A stretch of 64,000 nt of DNA, taken from assembly GCA_030390025.1 (NCBI GenBank), contig CM059432.1:26414001-26478000 (forward strand). Direction: 5' to 3'. The first letter of the stretch is position 1. Each line of letters begins with the position of its first letter. This document shows positions 49,929-62,316 of this stretch, piece by piece. The DNA is from Squalus acanthias. Taxonomy: Eukaryota. The position numbers and the translations under genes are program-made. The notes below the pieces were generated by a model, which saw nothing but the letters and a program-made list of their open reading frames with translations, made no database searches and was not told the DNA's origin.

Positions 49929-50759
49929 CCCTGGCGCTAATTATCGGCACTGACGGGAAACTTCACTTTTACCGCCCCGGGAGGTGAGTGGAGCGCTAAA
50001 GCAGGCGCTGCACACCTCTCTTAAGGCGCAAAGGCCGAGCAGTGAGGCGCTAACTCGGAGCGCTGGCGAAGCTCATGTAATGTCAGTCAGCAATGGAACA
50101 CACACACAATGGCACGGGCCAGTTCTTAAAGGGGAAGGTTAATCTTGCTTTCCATCCACATCCTGTTCATTGCTGCCTTGAATCTCGGCCTGGAGAGACT
50201 TGCACATCAAATGTGCTGGAAAGAACAATGGAGAGTACCAGGCAAAGAGCTCAGAGTGCAGCTCCCACAGTCTCTGCTAAATCGATACAAGGAATGGCAA
50301 ATTAAAATGAACCTGCAAAGTGCTGCTCAGTACCCAAAACTCCTTCACACAACATTGAATCTCTCCAGAAGTCTCTCCCTCTCTCTCTCAGAATGCGTAG
50401 TTCAAAAATGCCACCAACAATAAAAGACAGGAAGAGGCCCCCTTTAAATAGCGCCCCCCCCAGCCCCACAGCAATTGATAGTGTTCCAGTCTTCTGGTCG
50501 TTGGAAGCGCCAGGCGGTAAGGCAGGGGGCGCCACTCAATTTCCGCTACGGGGCGCCACAAGGGCGTTGCACCATGGAATGACGTCACAATCTGCGCGCG
50601 CAGGTGGTCGCAGCGGTAAGTTTTAGCGCCGCCGCACAATCTCAAGTTAAGTTCTCGAGCGGCGCAAACATCGCTGCGCCCGGGCGTTAGCGGCTTTGCG
50701 CCCCATTAGCGCCCTCTTAAGGCGCTAACGGGAGGCGCAACCAAGTGAATTTTTACCCC
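49929..50759. mobile_element. Harbinger-like MITE, left TIR deleted
   Basis: Colinear with 57054-57942; right TIR gaatttttacccc. Confidence 0.85.
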
Positions 50760-51382
50760 TCAATATATAATTTTAGGAGCCCTTTCAAAATACATAATCT
50801 GGAATTGATAATGCCCGATGTGATGTGAAGGTCCGAATTGATCAGTTCTGCCGAACACGCAACATAAAGTTTTTTGCTGGTGATCAATGGAAATGATAAA
50901 TATTCTTTTCTGAAATGAAAGAGAGAAAACATCACTGAACACTTTTGTCCCAGGTGCCAATGCTAACCACAAGTAACTGATCCACTGCGTGGAGCCCCTG
51001 CAACTCATTTCAGTTGGACACAATCACTTAGCAGTGGCAGATGTATTGATTTTTCCTCATGAAATGCCGCTCACAACACAATCGTAGCTTGATCCAATTC
51101 CAGGCTGGCAATGTCATTTACCTGAAGACGAAGATGAAGAGCAAGAAGACAGGAAGGGAAAGAAAAGGAAAGGTTGCCTCTTTAATTGCTGCTTGTTTCC
51201 CGCTAGCTGCAGATCCTGACATACGAATTAGGTTCACTTCTTATCCTGATGGGATTGTATTTCTTTAGAAGCCAGACAGGGTATTAAGTTTTCTCAGTAC
51301 TGACTCCAGTGAATAATACCTCGACTAGGCTCTGTAGCAGAAGAAAGCATTAGTAACTGGAGCAATGATTTGACTGCAGGCA

Positions 51383-51384
<2 letters not shown>

Positions 51385-51413
<29 letters not shown>
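51385..51413 (+). repeat. (TG)n microsatellite
   Basis: Perfect tg run. Confidence 0.95.
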
Positions 51414-51415
<2 letters not shown>

Positions 51416-51678
51416 ATTAACAGCCTGTTCTGTCAAGTCGAAATTTGTTTTGGGGTGGGAGTGTGGTCGAAATGACTCTTTGCTACTCTTAGGAATATAA
51501 GCAGGTATGATTTAATTTACCAATCTTCCAAAAGATTCCCCTTGTACGAATAGAAAATGAACAAAATACACCCTCTCCAAAGAATGACAATCATGAAAGA
51601 CTTGTGGCCCCATTTGTATTCTTCTAATACTGCTCCAAAAGATCAATTACAGCATCTTTCGGTGTAAATATATATAAA

Positions 51679-51891
51679 ATGATAGCAGTGATGAGGGACT
51701 TCAGTTATGTAGAGAGACTAGAGAAGCTGGGATTGTTTTCCTTTGAGCAGAGGAGGTTAAGGGCTGTTCAAATTATGAGGGACTTTGACAGAGTAAATAA
51801 GGAGAAACTGTTTCCAGTAACAGAATGGTCAATAACCAGAGGCTTTAAGATAATTGGCAAAAGAACCAGAGGGAACATGAGGAGAAATTTT
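51679..51891 (+). mobile_element. CR1 3' fragment, continues at 55861-56068 and 56516-56555
   Basis: SYVERLEKLGLFSFEQRRLR...MRRNF | VTQRVVMIWNALP. Confidence 0.85.
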
Positions 51892-52149
51892 GGCCGGAAT
51901 TTTCTGTACCTGGGCGGGTCGGGTGCGGGCAGTCGGCGTGGCGGGTCGCGACCCCGTTGTTGCTTCCATCCTGCTGCAGAAATCAACTTTGCGCTAATGG
52001 GGCCTATTAAGCCCGCCCTGTGCGTTACCCAGCCCTATTAAATGGTGACGTCAGTGCTGACTCGTTTTCAGCTGGGATATTTAAAGGGGCCATGGACACA
52101 TTGCATTTGAAGGTTCATCTAGGATAGTGCAAGCAGCACACTGCACAAT

Positions 52150-54012
52150 TGGACTGCTACAAAGAGTGCCACACTGAGACAGAGGGCTGCACTCAGGTTC
52201 TCCAATGACTCCCTCCATATGCTTGTGGAGGGAGTGAGAGCACGCAGGGAGGTCCTCTTCCCTTCTAATGGGCGGAAGAGACCTCCCCAGGAGACAAAAG
52301 CAGCCTGGCTCCAAATAGCCGAGGAGGTGAACAGCAGGGATGTGGTCAGGAGGACCTGAATGCAGTGCCGCAAACATTTCAATTATCTCATTAGATCAGG
52401 AAAGGTGAGTGCAAAGCCACACTCAACTTCATCCTGCTGTGCCTCTCATCACATCCCCATCACTTTGCCTTCCCAACCCTGCTCCTGCACTTCCTTACTC
52501 ACACCAACATACCTTGCACACCCACCCATCCCTCTCTCTCTCCATCTATATTATCACATCCCCATCTGACTAGCCACCCCTCACACTCACCCTCATCCTA
52601 ATGCAATCATACCAACTAACAACACACAAGGAGGTCACTTGGCATTGGTACCCCACTCCATTATAGACTCCCTCTAAAGATCTAACCCATCCATTGCTTA
52701 CACTCATTGCATCACTCTCACTCAACCTTCTTTCCCTCTTGCAGGAAAAGAAAGGGAGAGAATCGGCAGTGACCCTCCATCATTTGCAAATCTTGCAACA
52801 GCAGAGGAGGCTGCCTCAGAAGTATCTGGGGTCACCGAGCACCTGGAGGTGAGAGACAGAGAGAGGGGGACACTTCAGCAACCTGGTGACAGAATTACAT
52901 ATCATACAGCTACATGGCATACACCAGTCACTCATATGGGGACTGATGTCAGCAGCCAGGGAATGGTCACCATGCGCATAATGGTATCTGTACCCATTCG
53001 TCATACGACATATCTAACTCATCTCTTTACTCTCCTACAGCTCCATCAAGAGCCCACCCCTACTGTTCAGGACGAAGAGGAAGATGACTCCTCAGAGGAG
53101 CCTCCAGCCTCTGAGGGCGCACCGTCACCAGACACAAGCGCACCCAGTACCAGAGCAGATATGCACACCTCAGTGGGTGCCATGCGAGATAGAGTATTGT
53201 TGTCACCTAGTGTCTCACAACTCACAAGTGAGCAAGAGCAGATGGTGGAGACTGGGATAGCAGTGGAGACTCCTCGCTGGAGGGCGCAGGATGCTCCCAG
53301 CTCTGCTCCGCTGCATGCAGACGCTGAGCTTCGGGGGCCATCCAGAAAGAGGGCGTTCCTGGAGGTGGAACAAGAAGTGCAGGGGGCTCTGACAGGTTTT
53401 GCAAGAGCGCTGTCTGCAAATGTCCAGAGAATGGAGGAGTCCATCTCCAACATGAGCACCACCGTGTCGCAGGCGATGGTGACTGTAGGCTCCTCCATGG
53501 ATAGGATGGCCACCTACATGGAGCAGCTGATGCACCACTCGCAGGAGCACATAGTATCTGTGGAGAATAGATGGCAGAGGCTCATAGACCTCTTCTCTAG
53601 GAGGGATGTCAGCATAGACGTGGGTCCTCGTGGCCCAACTGATGTGCAGCAAGGTGCTGTCCAGCTCCTTGCTAGCAGGTAAGTGCAGGTGACCCATGAG
53701 AGGGATGATGGTGAGAGGGGACATGGAAGTGGGGGTTCCTCTCAAAGCGCTCACACTTCTCCCCTATTGCCACCCCCTCAGTCAGAGTTCCAGATGCCTC
53801 CTTGGACAGCGATGGCCAAGTCTGCCCCTGCACAGTCGCAGGAGGAGCAGACTTTGGCGGGGCCACCAGAGGCTCCAAAACCCAGATGACATCTGCGAAG
53901 AGTGTCTAAGCAGGCACAGCAGGGAAGTGAGCAGGCTGCCTCTACCTCTGCTGAAGCCATAGGGGTAGCAACTCGTAGAAGTACGCGTAAGAGAAAGATG
54001 GCAAATAAGTAG
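52150..54012 (+). pseudogene. Harbinger Myb/SANT gene, 3 exons (~52150-52404, 52745-52885, 53041-54012)
   Basis: RFSNDSLHMLVEGVRARREVLFP...AWLQIAEEVNS...RT*MQCRKHFNYL; GTGAGT donor at 52405; acceptors cttgcag and cctacag; C-terminal RRSTRKRK. Confidence 0.85.
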
Positions 54013-54305
54013 ATTCCCAACGGTAGCCACATAGGTGTTTTATTCAATGTTTAGGTAACATTTCCGTTAATGTGCAGTCAAACATAAAAATCTTTATTTT
54101 CACCACTTTCCGGTCTTGGTCAAATTTGTGTGCACCTTTGGGAGTGGCTTAGTGAGTTGCAGTGAATGGTGAGATATAACGGTACCTCCAGCATTGATGG
54201 TCAGTATGAATGGCTTGGGCATTGTAGGGATGCTTTATGGTGTTGGTGTGGGGTGGTGCCAACCTTGTGCAGCATGTGGCAGCGATATAGGTGTACTGCG
54301 TAAAG

Positions 54306-55460
54306 TTAAGTAAATCTGGCCATGATGGGGCCATCCCTGGCCTCCTGGGCAGCAATGTGCTCGGGTGCTGGTGGGATCTGGTCCGCCGGTTCCTCCAGCT
54401 CCTCCTCCTCCTCCTCGTCTTCCAGTTGATGCTCCTCCTCCTCTGAAGAGACTGTGCGCTCAGTGCCTTGCTCCTCATGCAGCGCTAATCCTCGCTGCTG
54501 CGCTATGTTGTGCAGGGCACAGCAGACCACGATGATTCTGGATACCCTGTCTGCAGGGTACTTAAGGGCTCCTCCAGATCTGTCAAGGCATCTGAAGCAC
54601 ATTTTGAGCATGCCTATTGTCTGCTCTATGACACATCTGGTGGAAATGTAGCTTTCATTATATCTCTCCTCGGCCTCAGTACTTGGCCTCCTCAAGGGTG
54701 TCATGGGCCATGTCGTCAGTGGATAGCCCTTGTCTCTAAGCAGCCAGCCGGAAAGTGAGTTTGGAGGAGTGAAGAGCTGAGGGAGGGTGGACTGGCACAG
54801 GACGAAAGAGTCATGACAGCTGCCAGGGAAGTTGACACACACATGCCTGATGATCTTCCTATGGTTGTAGACCAGCTGCACATTGAGGGAATGGAAGCCC
54901 TTGCGGTTGACAAAGACTCCTGGGTTATAATAGGGTGACCTGATGGCCACATGTGTGCAGTCGATGACGTCCTGCACCTGTGGGAAGCCAGCCAGAGTGG
55001 CAAAGCAGAGCGCCCACTCAGTAACACTGGCTTCATCTGTGGCAAAGTTGATATAATTGGCTGACTTGTCAAAGAGGGCATCAGTGACCTGTGTGATGCA
55101 TCTGTGGGCAGCTGACTACAAGATGCCACAAATGTCTGCTGCAGATACCTGGAAGGAGCCTGAGTCTAAGAAGTTGAGGGCGCTGGTGACTTTGACAGCC
55201 AATGGTAAGGCATGTCTACCCGCTCCTCTGGGCTGCAGGTCTTCCTCCAGCAATGTGTATATATCTGCGACGACCTGGCGCAATAGCCTGAGCCTCCTTT
55301 GGCACTGCTGCTCAGTCATGTTGAGGAAGCTCATCCTCTGCCTGTATACCCTGTGTTGGGGATGCGCTGATGCCCTCTGTCCTGTGCAGCATCAGGTGGT
55401 TGAGGAGAAGGTTGGTGGTGTTGTTGTTGGTGTGCCTGGTGATGCTGGTGTTGGGGCTCA
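54306..55460 (-). pseudogene. Harbinger DDE transposase (HARBI1-like)
   Basis: ORFs 55116-55334 and 54306-54977: [49 protein letters not shown]. Confidence 0.92.
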
Positions 55461-56068
55461 TCGTGTTCCTATTCTACCTGAGGAAAGTGATCAGCTGTGA
55501 GGTCGGAGCTTTTATAGTACATTTCATGCTGTCAACTAATCAGCTGAATCAATGGCCATTCAACTCCCACCTCAGGTTGACAGACATGGTTCCCAAGCTG
55601 CGTGAATCCTGTGGTCATGCAGGGAAATTTGAAAGGTAGGCTGTAAAAGGCGCTTAAGGGTCTGACAACAAGCTGAGACTGATTTCAATTAGGTCGCCTG
55701 CCTCTGCCTTTCGGGTCGCTGCTGCACCGGCATATTCACCTGAGGGAAAAGCACGTGGGGGCGGGATGATGGCAGGTTCACGACCAGCGCCAACCTATTT
55801 CAAATTTCCCACCCGACTCGCCTCTGATCGCGCCCGCACGGACCCCAGAAAATTCCGGCCTTTGTTACACAGCGAGTTGTTATGATCTGGAATGCTCTGC
55901 CTGAAAGGGTGCTGAGAGAAGATTCAATAGTAACTTTCAAAAGGGAATTGGATATATACCTGAAAAGGAAAAAATTGCAGGGCTTTGGGGAAAGAGCAGG
56001 GGAGTGGGACTAATTGGATAGCTGTTTCAAAGAACTGGCACAAGCACGATGGGCCAAATGGCCTCCTT

Positions 56069-56515
56069 ATAGAAACATAGAAACTAGGAGCAGGAGTAGG
56101 CCATTCGGCCCGTCGAGCCTGCTCCACCATTCAATACGATCATGGCTGATCATCCAAATCCAGTACCCTGTCCCTGCTTTCTCACACAGAATCCCCATCG
56201 AGCCTGCACCGACACATATCCCACCCTATCCCCGTAACCCCACGTATTTAATTCCCCCTAACATATCCCATCCTATCCCTGTAACCCCACATATTTAATC
56301 CCCCCCTAACACTAAGGGTCAATTTATCATAGCCAAATCAACCTAACCCGCACATTTTTGGACTGTGGGAGGAAACCGGAGCACCCGGAGGAAACCCACG
56401 CAGACACGGGGAGAATGTGCAAACTCCACACAGACAGTCACCCGAGGCCAGATTCGAACCCGGGTCTCTGGCGCTGTGAGGCACCAGTGCTAACCACTAT
56501 GCCACCGTGTTGCCC
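56069..56515 (-). mobile_element. Full-length HE1-type V-SINE
   Basis: A box TGGCATAGTGG, B box GGTTCGAATC, V-core and CR1-derived tail. Confidence 0.92.
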
Positions 56516-56696
56516 AGTTATGTGTTATGTGTTCTATGATTCTACGAATTCTAATATCCTATTACCTTTGCCGTTTTTCTGCCACCATTGGTGATATTAA
56601 AGCAGTGCTGGTGCCGTTGGGGATGATGTGTACCATGAGAGATGAGTTAGCCTCTGCCAGTAACACTGGTGCTGCCTCTAGTGACAACATGAAGGA

Positions 56697-59205
56697 TGTA
56701 AGGGGGACGTGTCTCAGACAGTGCTGGTGTGAGGTTAGGCCTTCGTTGCCTAATACTATTGCTTGCTCTGGTCTCCAGCCAGCCTTTTTGCAATAAGCAC
56801 CTGTGAGTGGTTCGACCCACTCGCCCTTACGGTTCTAACACTGGACTTAGGTGCAGGGAGCAGTAATGCAGTGAAAAACTCAAATAGACCCGGTTGAATA
56901 GTACGAAATGGAAATCTTTATTGCATGGCGTCTAAAATCATGAAATACATGTCATAGGCGCAAATCAACGATAGTACAAGTATACGTACATTCATAAAGC
57001 TTGGTCTGTGGAAATGGAGAACACACGGCACATCGTAGAAAGGGGAACACATTGGGGGAAAAATTCAGTCGCGCCCCATTTGGGGCGCAAATATCGTCCG
57101 GGCGCAAAAATTAGCGCCTGGCGCAAATTATCGCCACTGACTGGAAACTTCACTTTTAACGCCCCTGGAGGTGATTGCAGCGCTATATCAGGCGCTTCAC
57201 ACCTGTCTGAAGGCGCAAAGGCCGAGGAGCGAGACGTTACCTCAGAGCGCTGGCGAAGTTCAGGTAATGTCAGCAATGGAACACACACACAATGGCACGG
57301 GCCAGTTCTTAAAGGGGATGGTTAATCTTGCTTTCAATCCACATCCTGCTCATTGCAGCCTTGAATCTCGGCCTGGAGAGAACTGCACATCAAATGTGCT
57401 GGAAAGAACAATGGAGAGTACCAGGCCAAGAGCTCAGAGTGCAGCCCCCACAGTCTCTGCTAAATCGATACAAGGAATGGCAAATCAAAATGAACCTGCA
57501 AAGTGCTGCTCAGTACCCAAAACTCCTTCACACAGCGTTGAATCTCTCCAGAAGTCTCTCCCTCTCTCTCTCAGAATGCGTAGTTCAAAAATGGCACCAA
57601 CAATAAAAGGCAGGAAGCGGTCACCTTTAAATAGCACTCCCCCTTTCCCTTCATGACTGCAGAACGCTCCCCTCAACCTGTCGTTGCTAGCGTCAGGCGG
57701 TAAGGCAGGGGGCGCCACTCAATATCCGCTCCGGGGCGATACCAGGGCGTTGCGCACTCGAGTGACGTCATGATCTGCCGGCGCAGGAGATCGTGGCAGT
57801 AGTGTTTAGCACCGCCGCAAAATGTCTAGTTAATTTCGCGATCGGCGCAAACTTCGCTGCGCCCGGGCGCTAGCTGCTTTGCGCCCCATTAGCGCCCTCT
57901 TAAGGCGCTAACGGGAGGCGCAACCAACTGAATTTTTCCCCCATTATATCTTAACCTTAAAAACCACCCTCCCTTAACAATACCTACACTACGTCTAGAT
58001 TTGTAGGATCGTAAAACATGCTCACCACTCGTGTTACTTCGGAGATTTTTAAAGTGGGGCACTCAGCTCGTTTCGCTGCAGCGCCTGACTGTCACGTGTT
58101 TGGAAGGGTCTCTGCACCCCACTTGTTTACTTTCGCTGCTGCGAAAAGCAGGCCAGACTCCCTGTTGTCATGAAGAACTCGACGGACCTCGGACACAGTT
58201 CAAAGAAGAGTCTTCCTGTGCTCGATACAGGTTGTCGGGAGAACTCAAAGAAAAGTTCTTTATTTATATTTTCGGGCGCGGTCGGGGTTTACTGACCGTG
58301 GCGGCACGTGGATTCTTCTCCTCTTCTTCTCGTCTCATCTTGTCTCTTCGGGCCTCCGGGTCCAGACACCATTTACCGACCCTCGGGATGGTGTACCCTG
58401 TTACTTGCCCTTGTCGGGGCGGCTTGTTCCGATTGAGCTCCACCCAACACTTGAATAAACCGACCAGTACGGCTAAGAGTCAAGAGTCAACAAAGTCCAG
58501 AGAGAAAATCAAAAGGCTGCAAGTCAAGCGAGTTCATGAAGAGGCAAGCGAATAAGAGAGCGATGGACATTTGTTCTCTATAGTTATAGTGATGTGTCCT
58601 CCTTATCTCCCGCTCGAATCTTAATGTTTGTCCTTTGTGTAATATTGGCGCACAAAACTCCCAGCATGGGGCGGTTGTCTTCTTTAACGGGTTTCGGTAG
58701 CACCTGAAACTGGCCAACTATCCGTTAATGTTTTCCCCATTGTTGACCCAGCCAGGATGTGTATGAATCGTCTCCCTGACTGGTTTTGGGGGCCCCCGAA
58801 TACTGACTTAATCACCCGTCAATGTCTCTCTCATTGTAGAGCCGGGGGGGTATTTGTGTATTGATGTGTCTGGATGGGCCTTCGATTGCCCAGTACAATG
58901 ATCCTTTCTGTGCATAGGAAAATGATTCCAGCACTTATATCTTTGCTATTGTTCCAAATGCAAACAGGTTGCATCCTGTCTTTATCAGTGTTTACCGAGT
59001 ATGATCCAATCTTATACTAAATGTATATTCGACGCCATTTTGTCTGCCCACTGTGTTTCTGGAAGCTTCTGCCACGATGCTCGGTGGCCATTTTACAGGC
59101 TTCTGTGTCCTTTATTATCAGGACAGCATTTCGTTTAATAAAACTGATCAAACGAATCTGCTTCTCTTGTGTTATTTTGAATCGCGATAATTGCGAAACT
59201 TTACA
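56697..59205 (-). mobile_element. Solo LTR, same family as 23952-25656, with nested MITE
   Basis: TGTA...TACA ends; AGGA TSD on both sides; reverse-complement homology along its length. Confidence 0.9.
57054..57942. mobile_element. Harbinger-like MITE nested in the solo LTR
   Basis: TIRs gggggaaaaattcagt / actgaatttttccccc; ATT TSD. Confidence 0.92.
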
Positions 59206-59984
59206 AGGAGCAAGTCTTTCCTCTTAAGCACTTGGGCGCAAAGCATTTCCTGGGTGGGAGCACACAGAGGAAGATCAGGCGAGAAGCATCACACCAAAGA
59301 GCACACCCAATTCTCCATCTATTTAACTTCAAACCTCGTGAACTGACTGCTTTTATTTCTCTCTTCTTTCATTCTTTTAACACTTTCAAGTTTCCATTTA
59401 GTAATGTTATTCAAATTGTGATTGACTTAAAAAAATGTATATTTATTAGTGCATTTTCTGCCGTTGCTCAATGTCAAAATGCTGTGCTGTTGTTGGGAAG
59501 GATGCTGAGGTGTGGAAGCAGGGAAGGGGAAGGATGCAGACCTCCAGTTAAAGAATTTAGAAAGACATTTTCAAGAGGTCTCCCTAAAGAGAGCGAAGTA
59601 AGGGTTTTTTTAATCGTTCTGGAAAATAAATAGTTTTTCGTACCCACTGCTGGTAGTTAAATAAAACCTCTATTGTGTTAATAAATCTCTGCATTTAAAA
59701 TGGGGAGCAGCTGTTTCTTGTCTCTCTATTTAAGATATAGCTTTTAATAGTTAAGGCCTAAACTTATATAAAAACTAAATTATTTGCATCTTTCCTTCTT
59801 TATCAAATATCTCTGCAACTGTATTTTTGTATTTAAGCAAAACGTTTTGGTAAAGCATCTTGGCCTAGAAATTGGATCATGTAGCACCTGCCTGAAACCA
59901 ACGCTAGGCCCATTTCCTATGCAAATACAGAGTCTAAAGTCGGTTTCAGGCTCTTCACCATATTGGATCATGCCTCATTCTGCA

Positions 59985-60815
59985 GAATGTGGAGTCAGGG
60001 GACTAATAGCAGAATGGATAGCTAGCTGGCTTCAAGACAGAAAGCAGAGAGTAGGAGTAAAGGGTGGCAGAAGGTGGGAAGTGGTGTTCCACAAGGATCA
60101 GTGCTGGGAGCACTGTTGTTCACAATTTCCATTCACAATTTAGACTTTGGAATCAAAAACACCATTTCTAAATTTGCGGATGACACCAAATTGAGGGGGA
60201 TAGTCAATACTGAGGAGGACTGCAACAAATTACAGAAGGACATTAATAAACTTGCAGAATGTGCATATAATTGGCAAATTAATTTTAACACAGATAAATG
60301 TGAGGTATTATATTTTGGTAGGAAGAATAGGGAGGTCACTTATTACTTGGAGGGTGGGAGTCTGGATGGGGTAGAGGAGCAAAGGGATCTCAAAGTACAA
60401 ATACACAAATCACTAAAAGTAGCAACACAGGTTAACAAGGTCATAAAAAAAGCACTAAGGTTTATTTCTAGAGGGATAGAATTGAAAAGTAGTGAAGTTA
60501 TGCTAAACTTATATTGAACCTTGGTTAGACCACACTTGGAGTACTGCATTAAATTCTGGTCACCATATTATAAAAAGGATATAGAGGCACTGGAGAGGGT
60601 GCAGAGAAGATTTACAAGGATGATACCACAAATGCGAGGGTATACATATCAGGAAAGGATGAACAGGCTGGGTTTCTTTTCTCTTGAAAAGAGAAGGCTG
60701 AGGGGTGATCTAATAGAGGTCTTTAAAATTCTGAAAGGTTTTGACAGAGTGGATACAAAGAGAGTGTTCCACTTGTGGGGAAAAGCATAACTAGAGGCCA
60801 TCAATATAAGATATA
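59985..60815 (+). mobile_element. CR1 RT fragment, same subfamily as 20105-20985
   Basis: ORFs 60074-60517 and 60521-60790. Confidence 0.88.
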
Positions 60816-62316
60816 AAAACAGAAAATGCTGGAAACACTCAGCAGGCAGCATCATGGAGAAACAGAGTTAACGTTTCAGGTCGATGACTCTTCATCAGAA
60901 CTGGAAAAAGTTAGAGATGTAACAGATTTTTAAGCAAGTGTAGGGGCAGGGAAAGGGGGGAGGGGAGGAAAGAACAAACGGGAAGGTCTGTGATCGGATG
61001 GAAGGCAGGAGAGATTAAAAGACAAAAGGGATGATGGTGCAAGGCAAAAGGAGATGGTAATGGGACAAGTTAAGAAACAACAGATGACTCTAGATGAGGT
61101 GTAAATGGCAATGGCAGAATCATCAACAGCTGCCATGTGAGAGAAAAAAAATATAGGGGTTGAGGTTATAGACTGAAATTGTTGAACTCGATGTTGGGTC
61201 CAGAAGGCTGTAAAGTGCCTAATCGAAAGATGAGGTGCTGTTCCTCAAGCTTACGTTGAGCTTCATTGGAACAATGTAAGAGGCCGTATATGGGAAGATC
61301 AGTGTGGGAGTGGAGCGGAGAATTAAAATGACAGGCGACCGGAAGCTCGGGGTCACGCTTATGGAATAAACAGAGGTGTTCTGTAAAGCGGTCACCCAAT
61401 ATGTGGAACATTCTTTGTTCTAATCCTACTCAGGTCACCTCCCTCACCTCTTTTTCCAGGACATTGATGACTGTTTCCTGCTCTCACCCTGAACTAGAAA
61501 ATTTCATTCACTTTGCTTCCAATTTCTACCCTTCCCTCACTGACTCTTCCCTTCCTCGACTTCTCTGTCTCCATTTCTGGGGATAGGCTATTGACAAACA
61601 TTCACTATAAGCCCACTGACTCCCACAGCTACCTGGACTACACTTCCTCCCACCCCGCTTCCTGTAAGGACTCTATTCTATTCTCCCAGTTTCTCCATCT
61701 CCGTCGCATCTGCTCTGACGATGCCACTTCCAAACTAGTGCTTCTGATATGTCTCCTTTTCCCTCAACCGAGGTTTCCCCTCCACCATGGTTGACACGGC
61801 CCTTGACCATGTCCGTTCTATTTCCCACATTTCTGCTCTCACCCCTTCCCCTCCCTTCCAGAACCACGATAGGGTTCCCCTTCTCCTCATCTTTCACCCC
61901 ACCAGCCTCCACATTCAACGGATCATCCTCGCCATTTCCGGCACCTCCAGCGTGATCCCACCACCAAACACACCTTCCCCTCCCCTCCCCTTTCAGCATT
62001 CCAAAGGACCGCTCCCTCCGCAACATCCTGGTCCACTCCTCTATCACCCCCAACACCCCTTCCCCTTCACCCGGCACCTTCCCATGCAAGCACAGGAGAT
62101 GCAACACCTGCCCTTTTACTTCCTCCCTTCCTACTGTCCAGGGCCCCAAACACTCCTTCCAGGTGTAACAGCGATTTACTTGTACTTCTTGCAATTTAGT
62201 ATACTGTATTCACTGCTCACGATGCGGTCTCCTCTACATTGGGGAGATCAAACGCAGATTGGGTGACCACTTTGCGGAATACCTCCGTTCAGTCCGTAAG
62301 CGTGACCCCGAGCTTG
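60814..62316. mobile_element. Penelope-like element with internal inversion (3' end on minus 61400-60814; RT to GIY-YIG on plus 61401-62316)
   Basis: Plus: IDD, HYKPTDSHSYLDY, RRICSDD, LYIGE. Minus: EHL...VACHFN...RKLEEQHLIFRLGTLQP. Confidence 0.85.
60865..60902 (-). ncRNA. Minimal hammerhead ribozyme
   Basis: Minus strand reads CTGATGA agagtc atc gacct GAAAC GTT. Confidence 0.7.

Larger units (their letters stand above)
51892..55860. mobile_element. Harbinger transposon 2, full length (3969 bp), coding decayed
   Basis: Perfect 15-bp TIRs ggccggaattttctg / cagaaaattccggcc; TTT TSD; Myb gene plus and transposase minus, convergent. Confidence 0.95.

Noticed and set aside
47500..51170. Minus-strand splice-like sites near 47720, 50911 and 51122
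   Set aside because: No consistent reading frame or recognisable protein; non-coding exons cannot be judged from sequence alone.
54306..55460. Domesticated host HARBI1 gene
   Set aside because: It lies within TIRs and a TSD, is paired with a Myb gene and has a disrupted frame.
56440..56515. tRNA gene
   Set aside because: The A/B boxes belong to a SINE head that continues into the V-core.
49929..57942. Composite transposon or segmental duplication bounded by the two MITEs
   Set aside because: The second MITE has its own TSD inside an LTR and the flanks are unrelated.
23952..59205. One large provirus bounded by the two LTRs
   Set aside because: The LTRs are inverted, each has its own TSD, and there is no gag/pol/env between them.
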